Shown here in pieces: positions 27,441-37,600 of a stretch of 64,000 nucleotides of DNA (positions within the stretch are counted from its first letter, which is position 1; each line of letters opens with the position of its first letter). The position numbers were made by a program, and so were the translations under genes. Location: positions 24,994-88,993 of IMG/VR virus record IMGVR_UViG_3300035070_003276. One strand, given 5' to 3'. Under the pieces are notes generated by a model. The model saw only the letters and a program-made list of their open reading frames with translations, ran no database searches and was not told where the DNA came from. The DNA comes from a virus (Duplodnaviria; Caudoviricetes).

Positions 27441-30400
27441 AGGTAGAAAAGATTTACCATTTAGCGGATTTACATATCCGTAACTTAAAAAGACATAAGG
27501 AGTATAGAGAAGTATTCCAAAAGTTTTTGGATAATGTGGATAGAGATAATATTGAAAACTCAGTTATCTACTTAGCTGGTGATATTGCACATGCTAAAAC
27601 TGAAATGAGTCCTGAATTAGTAAGGGAAATCAGTTGGTTATTAACTGAATGTGCAAATAGAAAAGAAACATTCTTAATTACTGGAAACCACGATTGTAAC
27701 TTAAATAACAACTATCGATTGGATGTATTGACTCCAATTGTAGAAAACTTAGACAATGAAAGAATTCACTATCTTAGAGATACTGGGGTGTACAAACATC
27801 ATAATCTTACTTTTGTGGTATATTCGATACTCGATGAAAAAGAGAATTGGCCAAAGGCTAAATTGGTAGAAGGTGAGAATAAGATATGTTTATTCCATGG
27901 ACCTGTTAACCTAGCAGAAACTGATATCGGATATACTGTATCATCCAACTCTTTCACAACCGATATGTTTGATGGGTTTGATATGGTGATGTTGGGTGAT
28001 ATCCATAAAAGACAAACATTAGGAACGCCAACTATTGCATATGCTGGTTCGATGATTCAACAAAATCACGGAGAAGCTTTGAATAAGCATGGTTACTTAT
28101 TATGGGATGTTGAAAGTAGAACTTTCGAAGAGTTTGATATTGAAAACGATTATGGATTTTACACATTGGATGTAAATGATGGTGTAGTTCCGAACGTTAC
28201 CAATATGCCAAAGAAACCTCGATTAAGAGTTCGTATTTCAAATACTGACCCAACTCAGATTAAGAGAGCATTAACCGAAATCAAAAAGAAATATAAGGTT
28301 GAGGAATTCACTGTTACACGTATGGATACTCTATCTAAACAAAAGACTGGTAACTTTGATGATAAGTTGGCAATCGGAAATGTAAGAGATGTTGAATTCC
28401 AAAACGAACTCATTAAGGATTACTTAGAAAGACAATATCTTGCAGATGAAGATACTATTGACAAAATCAAAACTATCAATAGAGAGATGAATTCTAAGTT
28501 AGTAGATGATGATGTTACCCCAAACATCCAATGGGTACCAAAAACATTTGAATTTTCTAATATGTTTTCATATGGTGAGAATAACAAAATAAAATTTGAT
28601 AATGTAAATGGGATGGTTGGTATATTTGCCCCAAACGCAAGTGGTAAATCATCTTTATTTGATGCAATCTCATTTTGTATTTTTGATAAGACAAGTAGAA
28701 CCTATGTAGCAAAGAATGTTCTAAATAATAGAAAAGATAACTTCTATTGTAAATTACACTTTCAAATAGAAGATGTAGATTATTTTATAGAGAGGAGAGC
28801 AAAACTCATCAATAAAGGTAAGAATCTAAAAGTAGATGTTTCCTTTTGGAAAGAAGATGTGGGTGGTATCACTTCATTGAATGGAGAGCAGAGGAGAGAA
28901 ACCAACTCAATTATTCAACAATACTTAGGAACCTATGATGATTTTGTTCTCACTACTCTATCACTTCAAGGAAACAACTCATTATTTATTGATAAATCTC
29001 AATCAGAGAGAAAGGAAATCCTTGCTCAATTTATGGGAGTAGATGTGTTTGATAAACTCTACAACTTTGCACAAGATGAGAATAGAGATAACGCTTCACT
29101 CATACGTAAGTTTAAACAAGATGATTTTACTCAGAAGTTAGCTGATATCGAAGTTGAATTAAAATCTAAAGAAGCTGAATATAAGTTAGAAGAAATAAAT
29201 CTATCAACGGCTAATGCTGAAGTGGAGAAGCACAATCAAAAATTAATCTCCCTCAACGAAAAAGTTGTAAAAGTTAAATCCGACAATTATTCTTTGACCG
29301 AATTGGAAACCAAAAAATCGACGGTGGTAGGAAAGTTAGTAACTTTGGAAGAACAACGAAATTTAAACCAAAGTAAGATTGAAACTTTAGAAGATGAACA
29401 AATTGGATTGGAAGAATCTATTGATACGTATGATGAAGATGATATCATCAAAGAGGTGGAGTTATTTAATCAATACACTTCGGATTTAAAGGATTTAGAT
29501 AATGAGTTGGATAAGATGAAAATTAGAGAGGATTCTCTAATGGAAAGAATGGCTCATTTGGAAACTCATAAATACAATACTGATTGTGAGATTTGTATGG
29601 AGAATTCAGAATCCATCATCGATGCTAAAGTTGGTGTAGAAGCAGACTTATCTATCATTTCGGTGGAGAAGAAAGAAAAGTTTGAATATAAGAACGAACT
29701 CCTTTTGGGTATCGATAGTAGAAAGAAATACCCAGAATTGTTGAAAGAACTCAACAAACTAAAAGTTGATGAAGAAAAGGTAAGTAGAGATATTAACACA
29801 CTTATCAACAAGTTATCAACAATGGAAACTCAAGAAGTGAAGTTAAATTCGGAACTTCTTCAAGTTACACAACTGATTACGGATTATTTGGAGAATGAAA
29901 AGCAAATCAAACAAAACAAAGAACTAAGAACCGAAATCCAAAATGTACGAACTGAATTACTTAATTCAAAGAAAAATTTGGAAAAGGCAAATAAAGTAAT
30001 TCTTAAACTAAATGGTGAAGTATCATCTCTTACTAATCAGAAACAAACCATTGAGGAACGAATAAAGGAGGTTGCAAAATTAGAAGAACAATTTGGATTA
30101 TATGAATACTACTTAAACGCTTTGGGTAAAGATGGGGTATCGTATGAATTGATTTCAAAGGCACTTCCAATGATTGAAGGTGAGGTAAACAACATCTTAG
30201 GTCAAATTGTAGAGTTTGGTTTACAATTGGAAATGGATGGGAAAAACATCAACGCTAACATCGTTTACGATGACCAGAAATGGAGTTTGGAGATGTGTAG
30301 TGGTATGGAGAGGTTCATTAGTGGTTTAGCTATTAGAATCGCTCTAATCAACGTATGTAACCTACCTCGTCCTAACTTCTTAGTAGTGGATGAAGGATTT

Positions 30401-30568
30401 GGAACTTTGGATAACGAAAACCTAACATCATTGTATATGTTGTTCGCTTATCTAAAAACTCAATTTGATTTTGTGATGATTATCTCACACATCGATTCAA
30501 TGAGGGATGTGGTGGATACTTTGATGGAAATCAAAAAAGTAAATGGATTCAGTAACATTAAATTTTAA
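27437..30568 (+). CDS. fused SbcD-SbcC (Mre11-Rad50; T4 gp47-gp46-like) nuclease-ATPase
   Basis: phosphoesterase motifs DLH, GD, GNHD, HG and GDIH; Walker A APNASGKSS; zinc hook CEIC; signature CSGMERF; Walker B VVDEGFGTLD; H-loop ISH. Confidence 0.92.
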   Translation: MKVEKIYHLADLHIRNLKRHKEYREVFQKFLDNVDRDNIENSVIYLAGDIAHAKTEMSPELVREISWLLTECANRKETFLITGNHDCNLNNNYRLDVLTPIVENLDNERIHYLRDTGVYKHHNLTFVVYSILDEKENWPKAKLVEGENKICLFHGPVNLAETDIGYTVSSNSFTTDMFDGFDMVMLGDIHKRQTLGTPTIAYAGSMIQQNHGEALNKHGYLLWDVESRTFEEFDIENDYGFYTLDVNDGVVPNVTNMPKKPRLRVRISNTDPTQIKRALTEIKKKYKVEEFTVTRMDTLSKQKTGNFDDKLAIGNVRDVEFQNELIKDYLERQYLADEDTIDKIKTINREMNSKLVDDDVTPNIQWVPKTFEFSNMFSYGENNKIKFDNVNGMVGIFAPNASGKSSLFDAISFCIFDKTSRTYVAKNVLNNRKDNFYCKLHFQIEDVDYFIERRAKLINKGKNLKVDVSFWKEDVGGITSLNGEQRRETNSIIQQYLGTYDDFVLTTLSLQGNNSLFIDKSQSERKEILAQFMGVDVFDKLYNFAQDENRDNASLIRKFKQDDFTQKLADIEVELKSKEAEYKLEEINLSTANAEVEKHNQKLISLNEKVVKVKSDNYSLTELETKKSTVVGKLVTLEEQRNLNQSKIETLEDEQIGLEESIDTYDEDDIIKEVELFNQYTSDLKDLDNELDKMKIREDSLMERMAHLETHKYNTDCEICMENSESIIDAKVGVEADLSIISVEKKEKFEYKNELLLGIDSRKKYPELLKELNKLKVDEEKVSRDINTLINKLSTMETQEVKLNSELLQVTQLITDYLENEKQIKQNKELRTEIQNVRTELLNSKKNLEKANKVILKLNGEVSSLTNQKQTIEERIKEVAKLEEQFGLYEYYLNALGKDGVSYELISKALPMIEGEVNNILGQIVEFGLQLEMDGKNINANIVYDDQKWSLEMCSGMERFISGLAIRIALINVCNLPRPNFLVVDEGFGTLDNENLTSLYMLFAYLKTQFDFVMIISHIDSMRDVVDTLMEIKKVNGFSNIKF

Positions 30569-30570
30569 AA

Positions 30571-31395
30571 ATGATAGGAATAATTGGACAAGGTTTTGTT
30601 GGTAACGCAGTTTATCAAAAATTTAAAAATTATTATGAAATCAATACATACGATTTAGATTCATCTAAATGTAATTCAACTGAGCAAGAAACATTAGATA
30701 ATGGTATTGTATTTGTATGTTTACCAACCCCAATGAATTCCGATGATGGTAGTTGTAATATCAGTTTGGTAGATGCGGCAATCAAACGATGTTTTGATTT
30801 TGGTGTTACAAAGACTGTTGTAATTAAATCAACAATTCCACCTGGTACAACTGAATCTCTTAATAAGAAATACCCATCATTACAAATTGTATTTAATCCT
30901 GAGTTCTTAACGGAACGAAATGCGGTAAAGGATTATGATAATCAAAGTAGAATAATATTAGGTGGGCCAAGACCAAGTACTACTACTTTAAAGCAAATAT
31001 TTTCAAAGGTATTTCCATCGGCGCATATTGTAAAAACCGATTCAACTCACGCTGAAATGGTAAAGTATCTTACTAACTCATTTTTGGCAACCAAAGTATC
31101 TTTTGCAAATGAAATGTATCAGATATGTGATAAGTTAGATATCGATTATGATAAGGTAGTAGAATACGCAACCTTTGATGAAAGATTAGGTAAATCACAT
31201 TGGAATGTGCCTGGACCTGATGGAGATTTCGGATATGGAGGACATTGTTTTCCAAAAGATGTTAAAGCACTAATCCATTTAGCAGAAAATGAATTGGAAT
31301 TGTATTCAACTATGTTGAGAGCCACCGATAAGAAAAACGATGTGGTTCGAAAAAATAGGGATTGGGAACAAATGAAGGGGAGAGCTGTTATTTAG
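30571..31395 (+). CDS. ugd: UDP-glucose/GDP-mannose 6-dehydrogenase family protein (short form)
   Basis: GQGFVG Rossmann motif; CLPTP, KSTIPPGTT, NPEFL and catalytic GYGGHCFPKD. Confidence 0.88.
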   Translation: MIGIIGQGFVGNAVYQKFKNYYEINTYDLDSSKCNSTEQETLDNGIVFVCLPTPMNSDDGSCNISLVDAAIKRCFDFGVTKTVVIKSTIPPGTTESLNKKYPSLQIVFNPEFLTERNAVKDYDNQSRIILGGPRPSTTTLKQIFSKVFPSAHIVKTDSTHAEMVKYLTNSFLATKVSFANEMYQICDKLDIDYDKVVEYATFDERLGKSHWNVPGPDGDFGYGGHCFPKDVKALIHLAENELELYSTMLRATDKKNDVVRKNRDWEQMKGRAVI

Positions 31396-31558
31396 TTTTT
31401 AATACATTAGAAGGGAGGGGTTTCACATTTGGTGAAACCTTTTCTTTTATAAGCGATTCTACTAACCCATTCATTTTGTATCCTTTATCTTTACAAAATG
31501 ATTTTAATAACTGATGAACTTCAGCATCAATTTGTAACATTGCATACTTTTTACTCAT
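31388..31558 (-). CDS. ribbon-helix-helix DNA-binding protein (56 aa), absent from the ORF track
   Basis: hand-translated MSKKYAMLQIDAEVHQLLKSFCKDKGYKMNGLVESLIKEKVSPNVKPLPSNVLKTK; beta strand-helix-G-helix RHH pattern. Confidence 0.75.
   Translation of the reverse strand: MSKKYAMLQIDAEVHQLLKSFCKDKGYKMNGLVESLIKEKVSPNVKPLPSNVLKTK
31409..31449 (+). terminator. possible terminator hairpin after ugd, lying inside the antisense RHH gene
   Basis: GGTTTCAC-ATTTG-GTGAAACC stem with purine/pyrimidine flanks and a TTTTCTTTT tail. Confidence 0.5.
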
Positions 31559-31585
31559 TTCTTTATAATTCTTTAGTTTTCTTTA
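31559..31585. repeat. three TTCTTTA heptamers at a 10-bp period (candidate operator)
   Basis: copies at 31559, 31569 and 31579, immediately 5' of the RHH start codon. Confidence 0.6.
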
Positions 31586-31587
31586 GA

Positions 31588-31595
31588 ATAAATAT
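31588..31595 (-). promoter_or_regulatory. putative late promoter for the RHH gene
   Basis: ATAAATAT on the plus strand reads ATATTTAT on the minus strand, 29 nt before the RHH ATG. Confidence 0.5.
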
Positions 31596-31614
31596 TTCAA
31601 TTATAAATTTTGGA

Positions 31615-31622
31615 ATATTTAT
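31615..31622 (+). promoter_or_regulatory. putative late promoter for the tail fibre gene
   Basis: ATATTTAT upstream of ATG 31650. Confidence 0.55.
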
Positions 31623-31649
31623 ATTGGAATCAACGGAATATATTCATCA

Positions 31650-34600
31650 ATGGCTAGAATTAAAAAGTATTCACCAGAACAAAACTTATCATCATTTCAA
31701 ACATTAATTGTAGATGATAACCCTAATTCGGATTATTTTAGAATAACTGAATTTAAAGATACATTTACTGGTGGTAAAAACGGGTTTCTTATTGAGGGGT
31801 CTGAATACCTAAAAGAAACTACTGAAATAAAAATAGAGATTTTAGATGTAGAGGGGAATCCTATATTCTATGAGCCAGCAAAGGGTATCCCAGAATACTA
31901 TGAAGGTATATCATCCCTAATAGCAGTTTATATTTATAATGATACACCAATTGGATTGGGTAAGATTACTATTTTAGGTGAACTCAAAGAGTACATTGAT
32001 AATGATGTAAAACGAACTATTCCAGATGTATGGAAAGGTACATACAATGTTAAATGGGAACGTACATTTCAAATTAATAAAATACTTGCTAATGAGGATA
32101 GAGTTAGATTCTTTAAAAGACCTCAAATCAATATTGATGAAATTAACAAACCTATATTCAATAATAATGCAAATTTAGTAACTCAGATTGGTAATGTTAA
32201 TGGTATCCCATTAGCACCAACCGCTGGTACTTCATTAACTGAATTTTCGTTACCAACATCATATAGATTGAATGTTAGTAATGGTTCTAATTGGACGGGT
32301 TCAATTGAGGGTAATAGTATTTCTTTTGATAGTATTGATTATAATCCAATTGTATTAGATGTTGTAAGTGAAACTGAAATAATTGTTTCACCACCATATG
32401 CACCTAATGGAATTGTGGCACCTTTTTCAAATGAAAGTTATACTACATCATTTAATTATTTAGAAGGCGTATCTGATTTAGCAACCGCACTTACTGGTTC
32501 ATTCGCTAAGATTAGTATTACTGATATGAAAACAGTAGTTGGTGATGCTGCAAGAGTAAAAGTATATAGACGTTCTCAATCAAACTTAACCGATTATGAG
32601 TTTGTACAAGAAATACAATTAGAATCAAATGAGTTATTAAGAGATATAGAAACTACCGAAGCTAATGAAATTAGTTATGGTACGTTTACACAAGATGTGT
32701 TATCACAATATTGGATGACTTCATCAAATGATATCTCAGTAGAACTAAATACTGGATTCTTATACAACTCAACTAAGTTAAACTCAACCGAAGGAAACTA
32801 CTTTCTTACAAAGCAATCATTTCCAATTCAGAGTGGTGTAGAATATACATTAGATTTTAATGTTAAAAAGGGTAGTGTTTCCCCAACTGATTTCCTAAAA
32901 GTAACTTTAAGTGGTTCTTTAAATGGAACTCCAAAATCACAAACAATTGTAAATATACCATCATCAAATGCTATTTTACAAAAACGAAATTTTACCGAAA
33001 ATATAATTGCTGATGATTTTGATGAAGCAAGGTTATATTTTGAAGTCGATGGGGTTGATTGGTACGTTAATAATGTAAGTTTGAAAGCATCACAGGAAAC
33101 ATCGTTTTCTCCTGATGAAATTACATTTATACAACAAGTACCAAAAACATTACAAACTGAAACATTTGATTATAGATTTGAATTCTATGATATCAACAAC
33201 AATTATATACCTGTATTAGTTGAAGATACAAAAACATTTGATGGTGGAAATTTAAATCTTTTTAATAAAGATATTACAATTACACCAAACAATTTATATT
33301 TCTCATTTGATTCAGCATCTGCGCCATCAAATCCGTTACCACCAACAACAATTACATTTGATGTGGAAACAACTTTGGTTACTGGTTCAATTACATATAC
33401 ATCTGGTGCATATGATGAGTTTGGTGATTTGATTTTATCATCCGAATATGTAGGTGGACAGTATCCTGGTTTAATGAGTGGATATGAAACTCTAAGTCCA
33501 ACATTAACTGTTGCTGATTTTACTGGTTCCAGAGATGATATTACTGTACAATATATTAGATTCACTGGTGAGGTGGAGGGTGTATCCGATGATGTAGTAA
33601 TCACCAGAACTCAAGATGGTAAGGGTGGTGTAAACTTTGAAATTAGACCTTATAGAGGTACCATTATAAAAAATAAAGATGAGAGTACATTGGAGGTACA
33701 AGCAATTCGTATCGATGGTGTTAACGAAATCATACTAAAAGATAACTTACCACAAAATGGATTCTCTGATGCAAAGTTGAGAGTACAAAGTGGGTCTGAG
33801 TACATATTATTATCTGAGGCACAATCAAGTGGATTCATACAAGGGTTAACCGCTGGTATAACTGGTAGTGGTGAATTGAATTATAACGCTGTATTTGATA
33901 GAACATCTATTACGGGTCAGTTACCATTATACCTAATGGATGGTACTACTGAGCAAGATATCCTAACAACTTTATTGTTAACTGATTTACAAGATGGATT
34001 GGGTGCTGGATTTGTTACATTTGATGTAGAACAATTTAACATCAATCCAAAAGAAGATACAACATTTACACCACAAACTGCAAGTTTAGCTGGTAACTTT
34101 TATTTAAGAGGTACAAACGAATCACCAATTAGTGGTACTTTACAAGTATTCCCATCGATGTCTATTGATGAATCACTTTTACCTGAATATTATATGTTCT
34201 TTGAAACTGGTGCATTTGATAATAGAATAACTGTAACAGCAACAAACGCACAAAACGAAATTATTGGTAGTGGTATCCCTGGTGATTCGGTAGATTACTA
34301 CACACCTATTGATAGTAAGCAATTAACATTTAACTTTACATATGTAGAAGATTTCACATCAGAATCAATTAGTGTTGATAAAACAATATTTGTAGCACCG
34401 GATGGATTGGGTATTGAGCCGGTTGTTGTAAGTGTTGACCCACTTACCTTAAACTTAAACTCAAACCAACAAGGTGAGGTTTATAGTTACACTCCATTAG
34501 ATACAACAATTACTGCTAAGCAGGGTAAGTTGGATTTAATTTATACTGGTAGTGAAAAGCCGGGTACATTCTATACTGAATCAATCAGTACAACGAATAT

Positions 34601-37600
34601 AGAATATACTACTGAAAGTTTTACAAATACTACTTTATCACTTACTGGTTTTCAAAATATGACATCATCTTTGGTGGCTAATGTTGATTATAACTTAAAG
34701 GTATATCCATATTATACATCATCATTTCAAACCCAAACTATTACACAACGAATTACAAAGGGTGTGGATGGTTCAGATGCAGTTGAAATATTAGTAGAAC
34801 CATCTGTGGTAACACTACAAGCTAATGAAAATGGAACAGTATCCGATTACTCAACTGCTAATACTGATATTGTTGTTAAGCAAGGTAATTTATACCTATC
34901 ATATGAAACAAGTAGTTTACCGGGTACATATAATGTATCTGCAACTGGTAGTGGTATTGTGGTGGGTGATATATCAGCATCCTCTCAATATGATTTAGAT
35001 TTCGGAGATGAGACAGTACACTTTACAAACTTTAGTGAATTGGAAGGTGGTAGTGGTTCGGTTGATTACAACTTTGTTGTATTCCCATACTCATTAACAA
35101 ATGGTGTGGCTGGTGTAGTTGAAACTTATAATAAAAAGCAGGTATTCTCAAAATCAAATGATGGTACAGCTGCAAGAAGTGTAAGTTTATCAACCACAAC
35201 AGAAGTTGTAAACTTTGATGGAGATGGTGTGGTTACCTCACCATTAGGTTCGATATTCTTAGAAGCAACTGCATTCAACGTAACTGCATCACAAACGTAT
35301 TACCAATTCTTTAGAGATGGATTTGCATATAGTTTAGTTGGAACTGAACCTACATTTGAAATTGGTTCTGGTGATGCAACTTCACCTGGTGAAACTGCAA
35401 CTTGGAGAGTTCAAATTAGAGATGGTCAATCTAATTCACCAGTAGTAGCATCCTCAGAGGTAACTATTGCGGGTATCAAAGCAGGGGCCGATAACTATCA
35501 AGTATTTTTAACAAACCCATCACCAAGTGTTGGAGTTGAGGTTGATGGTACTACTACACTAGATACAACTGGAACTCAAATAACGGCACTTAAAGGTACA
35601 ACTCAATTAACGCATGTATCAACATATTCCGATGAAACTTTAGATTTAATTGGAGACCCGATTGGTACAATTGGTGAATTTTCATCATCATTGTATTATG
35701 TACCACCATTTATAACACAACCAAATATACCAAACGGAAATCCGGCTAACATAGACCCAATAACAGATTGGAGTACACCGCAAGATAACAAAGCAGCTAC
35801 AATTGTTTATAAGGTTGATATAGAAAATGGTAGAGCAACTTATTTCTTATCACAATCACTTTCAACTGTATTTGAAGGAGCAACTGGGCCTGGTATTGTT
35901 GTAAGGGGTGAATGGACTGGTTCGGTTGATTACTTATTTAGTTTAGAACAAAAACGTAGAGATGCAGTAGTTTACAAATACGATAATGGTGGTGAGCAAG
36001 AAACTCATTACTTTGGTACAACAAATACATTAAACGATTTTAAGAGATTACCATATACATCTTCAGTTGGTATTACTGATGAACCATCTTATGATGGAAC
36101 GCAAGAACAGGGTGATGTAGATACATTTGGTTGGGAATACTTAGGACAACAAGATATGTTTGTTGCTGCTAAGATAGCAATCTTCGAAGAATCATTTGTA
36201 GAAAATACAATAAATGTTGGTATTCCGCCTGATGGATTTCCTAACGCAAATATTGCAATAGTTGGTGGAACCGATGAACCTTATATAGCAATTGGTCAAC
36301 AAGGTACTCAAGGATTCGCTCAACCTGGTGTGTTTATGGGTATGACTAATGATGGTGGTCCTAATGGTACGTCTGGTACAATGGGTATATTATCGTTAAA
36401 ATCAACACCAAATGGTGGTGAATATAAATCGTTAGAATGGGATGGTGATACACTCACAATTAGAGGTTCAATTAGACAAACTGCGGCTGGTGTAGTAGAA
36501 CCATCACTTAGAGGAACTTGGGCAGATGGAGTAGATTACAATCCAGAAGATTTAGTACAATACATTGGTGAGACTTGGAGTTCAAATACTACACATACAT
36601 CAAATATATCAGGTGGAGTAACTGATGGACCTCCGGGAACCGGTCCTTGGACTATTGCAGCTGGCGCAGGTAAAAACATAAGTTTATCAGCCGATTCATA
36701 TGTAATACAATATGATGAATTTGGATTAAACCCAATACCATCTTCAACAATCTCCTTAATTGCATCATCATCAAATTTTGTTGATGCATATTATAAGTTT
36801 ACTGGAGGTGGTGCGGTATTTACGGATGAAACTTCATTTACTGATGGGTTAACCGCAAATACCGATACGGCAACATTAACTGTTCCATCATCGTATTTCT
36901 CAACACCATTGACAATTAAAGTTGCAGTTTCTGAGGGTAATCAGGTAGAAAAATTATCCGATACAATTACCATAACTGCATTAAAATCTGGAGCAGATTC
37001 TACACCACAATATATGATTACTCCATTGACTGGAACTCAAATCAAAAATAGTAGTGGTAATATTGAACTACAAGTTCAAGAATCATCTATAAATGGATTG
37101 AGTGATGTAAATAGTGGTGATATTAAAATATACAAAAACGATTCATCTTTATTAAACGCTTCAATGAGTGGTGTTACTGGTGATGAGTATAACCCAACAT
37201 TGGATTCAGATGCAATAACTGGTACACTAAATCTACAATTAAGAGATGTATCCGATAACGTATTAGATTCAATCACATTAGTTGATGTTAGTGATGGTTT
37301 AGGTGGTGGTTCATTTATTTCACCAAACTTAAAAGCAACGAGAAATCCAGGTTACGGAATTTATAATCCAACATTCTTATCAGCAACCGCATCATTCTTC
37401 GATACATCTGGAACCGAATACCAAAAGCAAGTTCGAATCACACCATCGTTAAGTGGTGTAACCGACTATATGGAAGTTGGTACGGCGAGTGGGGATAGTG
37501 AAATTACTATCACCGCAAACGATGGTGATGGTGGTAGTATCACATTGGGTGGTTCATCGGTAGCAACTAAAGATGTTGTATTAGTTGCAACATTCACAGA

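Noticed and set aside
31498-31707. Plus-strand 69-aa ORF from the track
   Set aside because: It overlaps the tail fibre start and the better-supported antisense RHH gene, and it runs through promoter motifs
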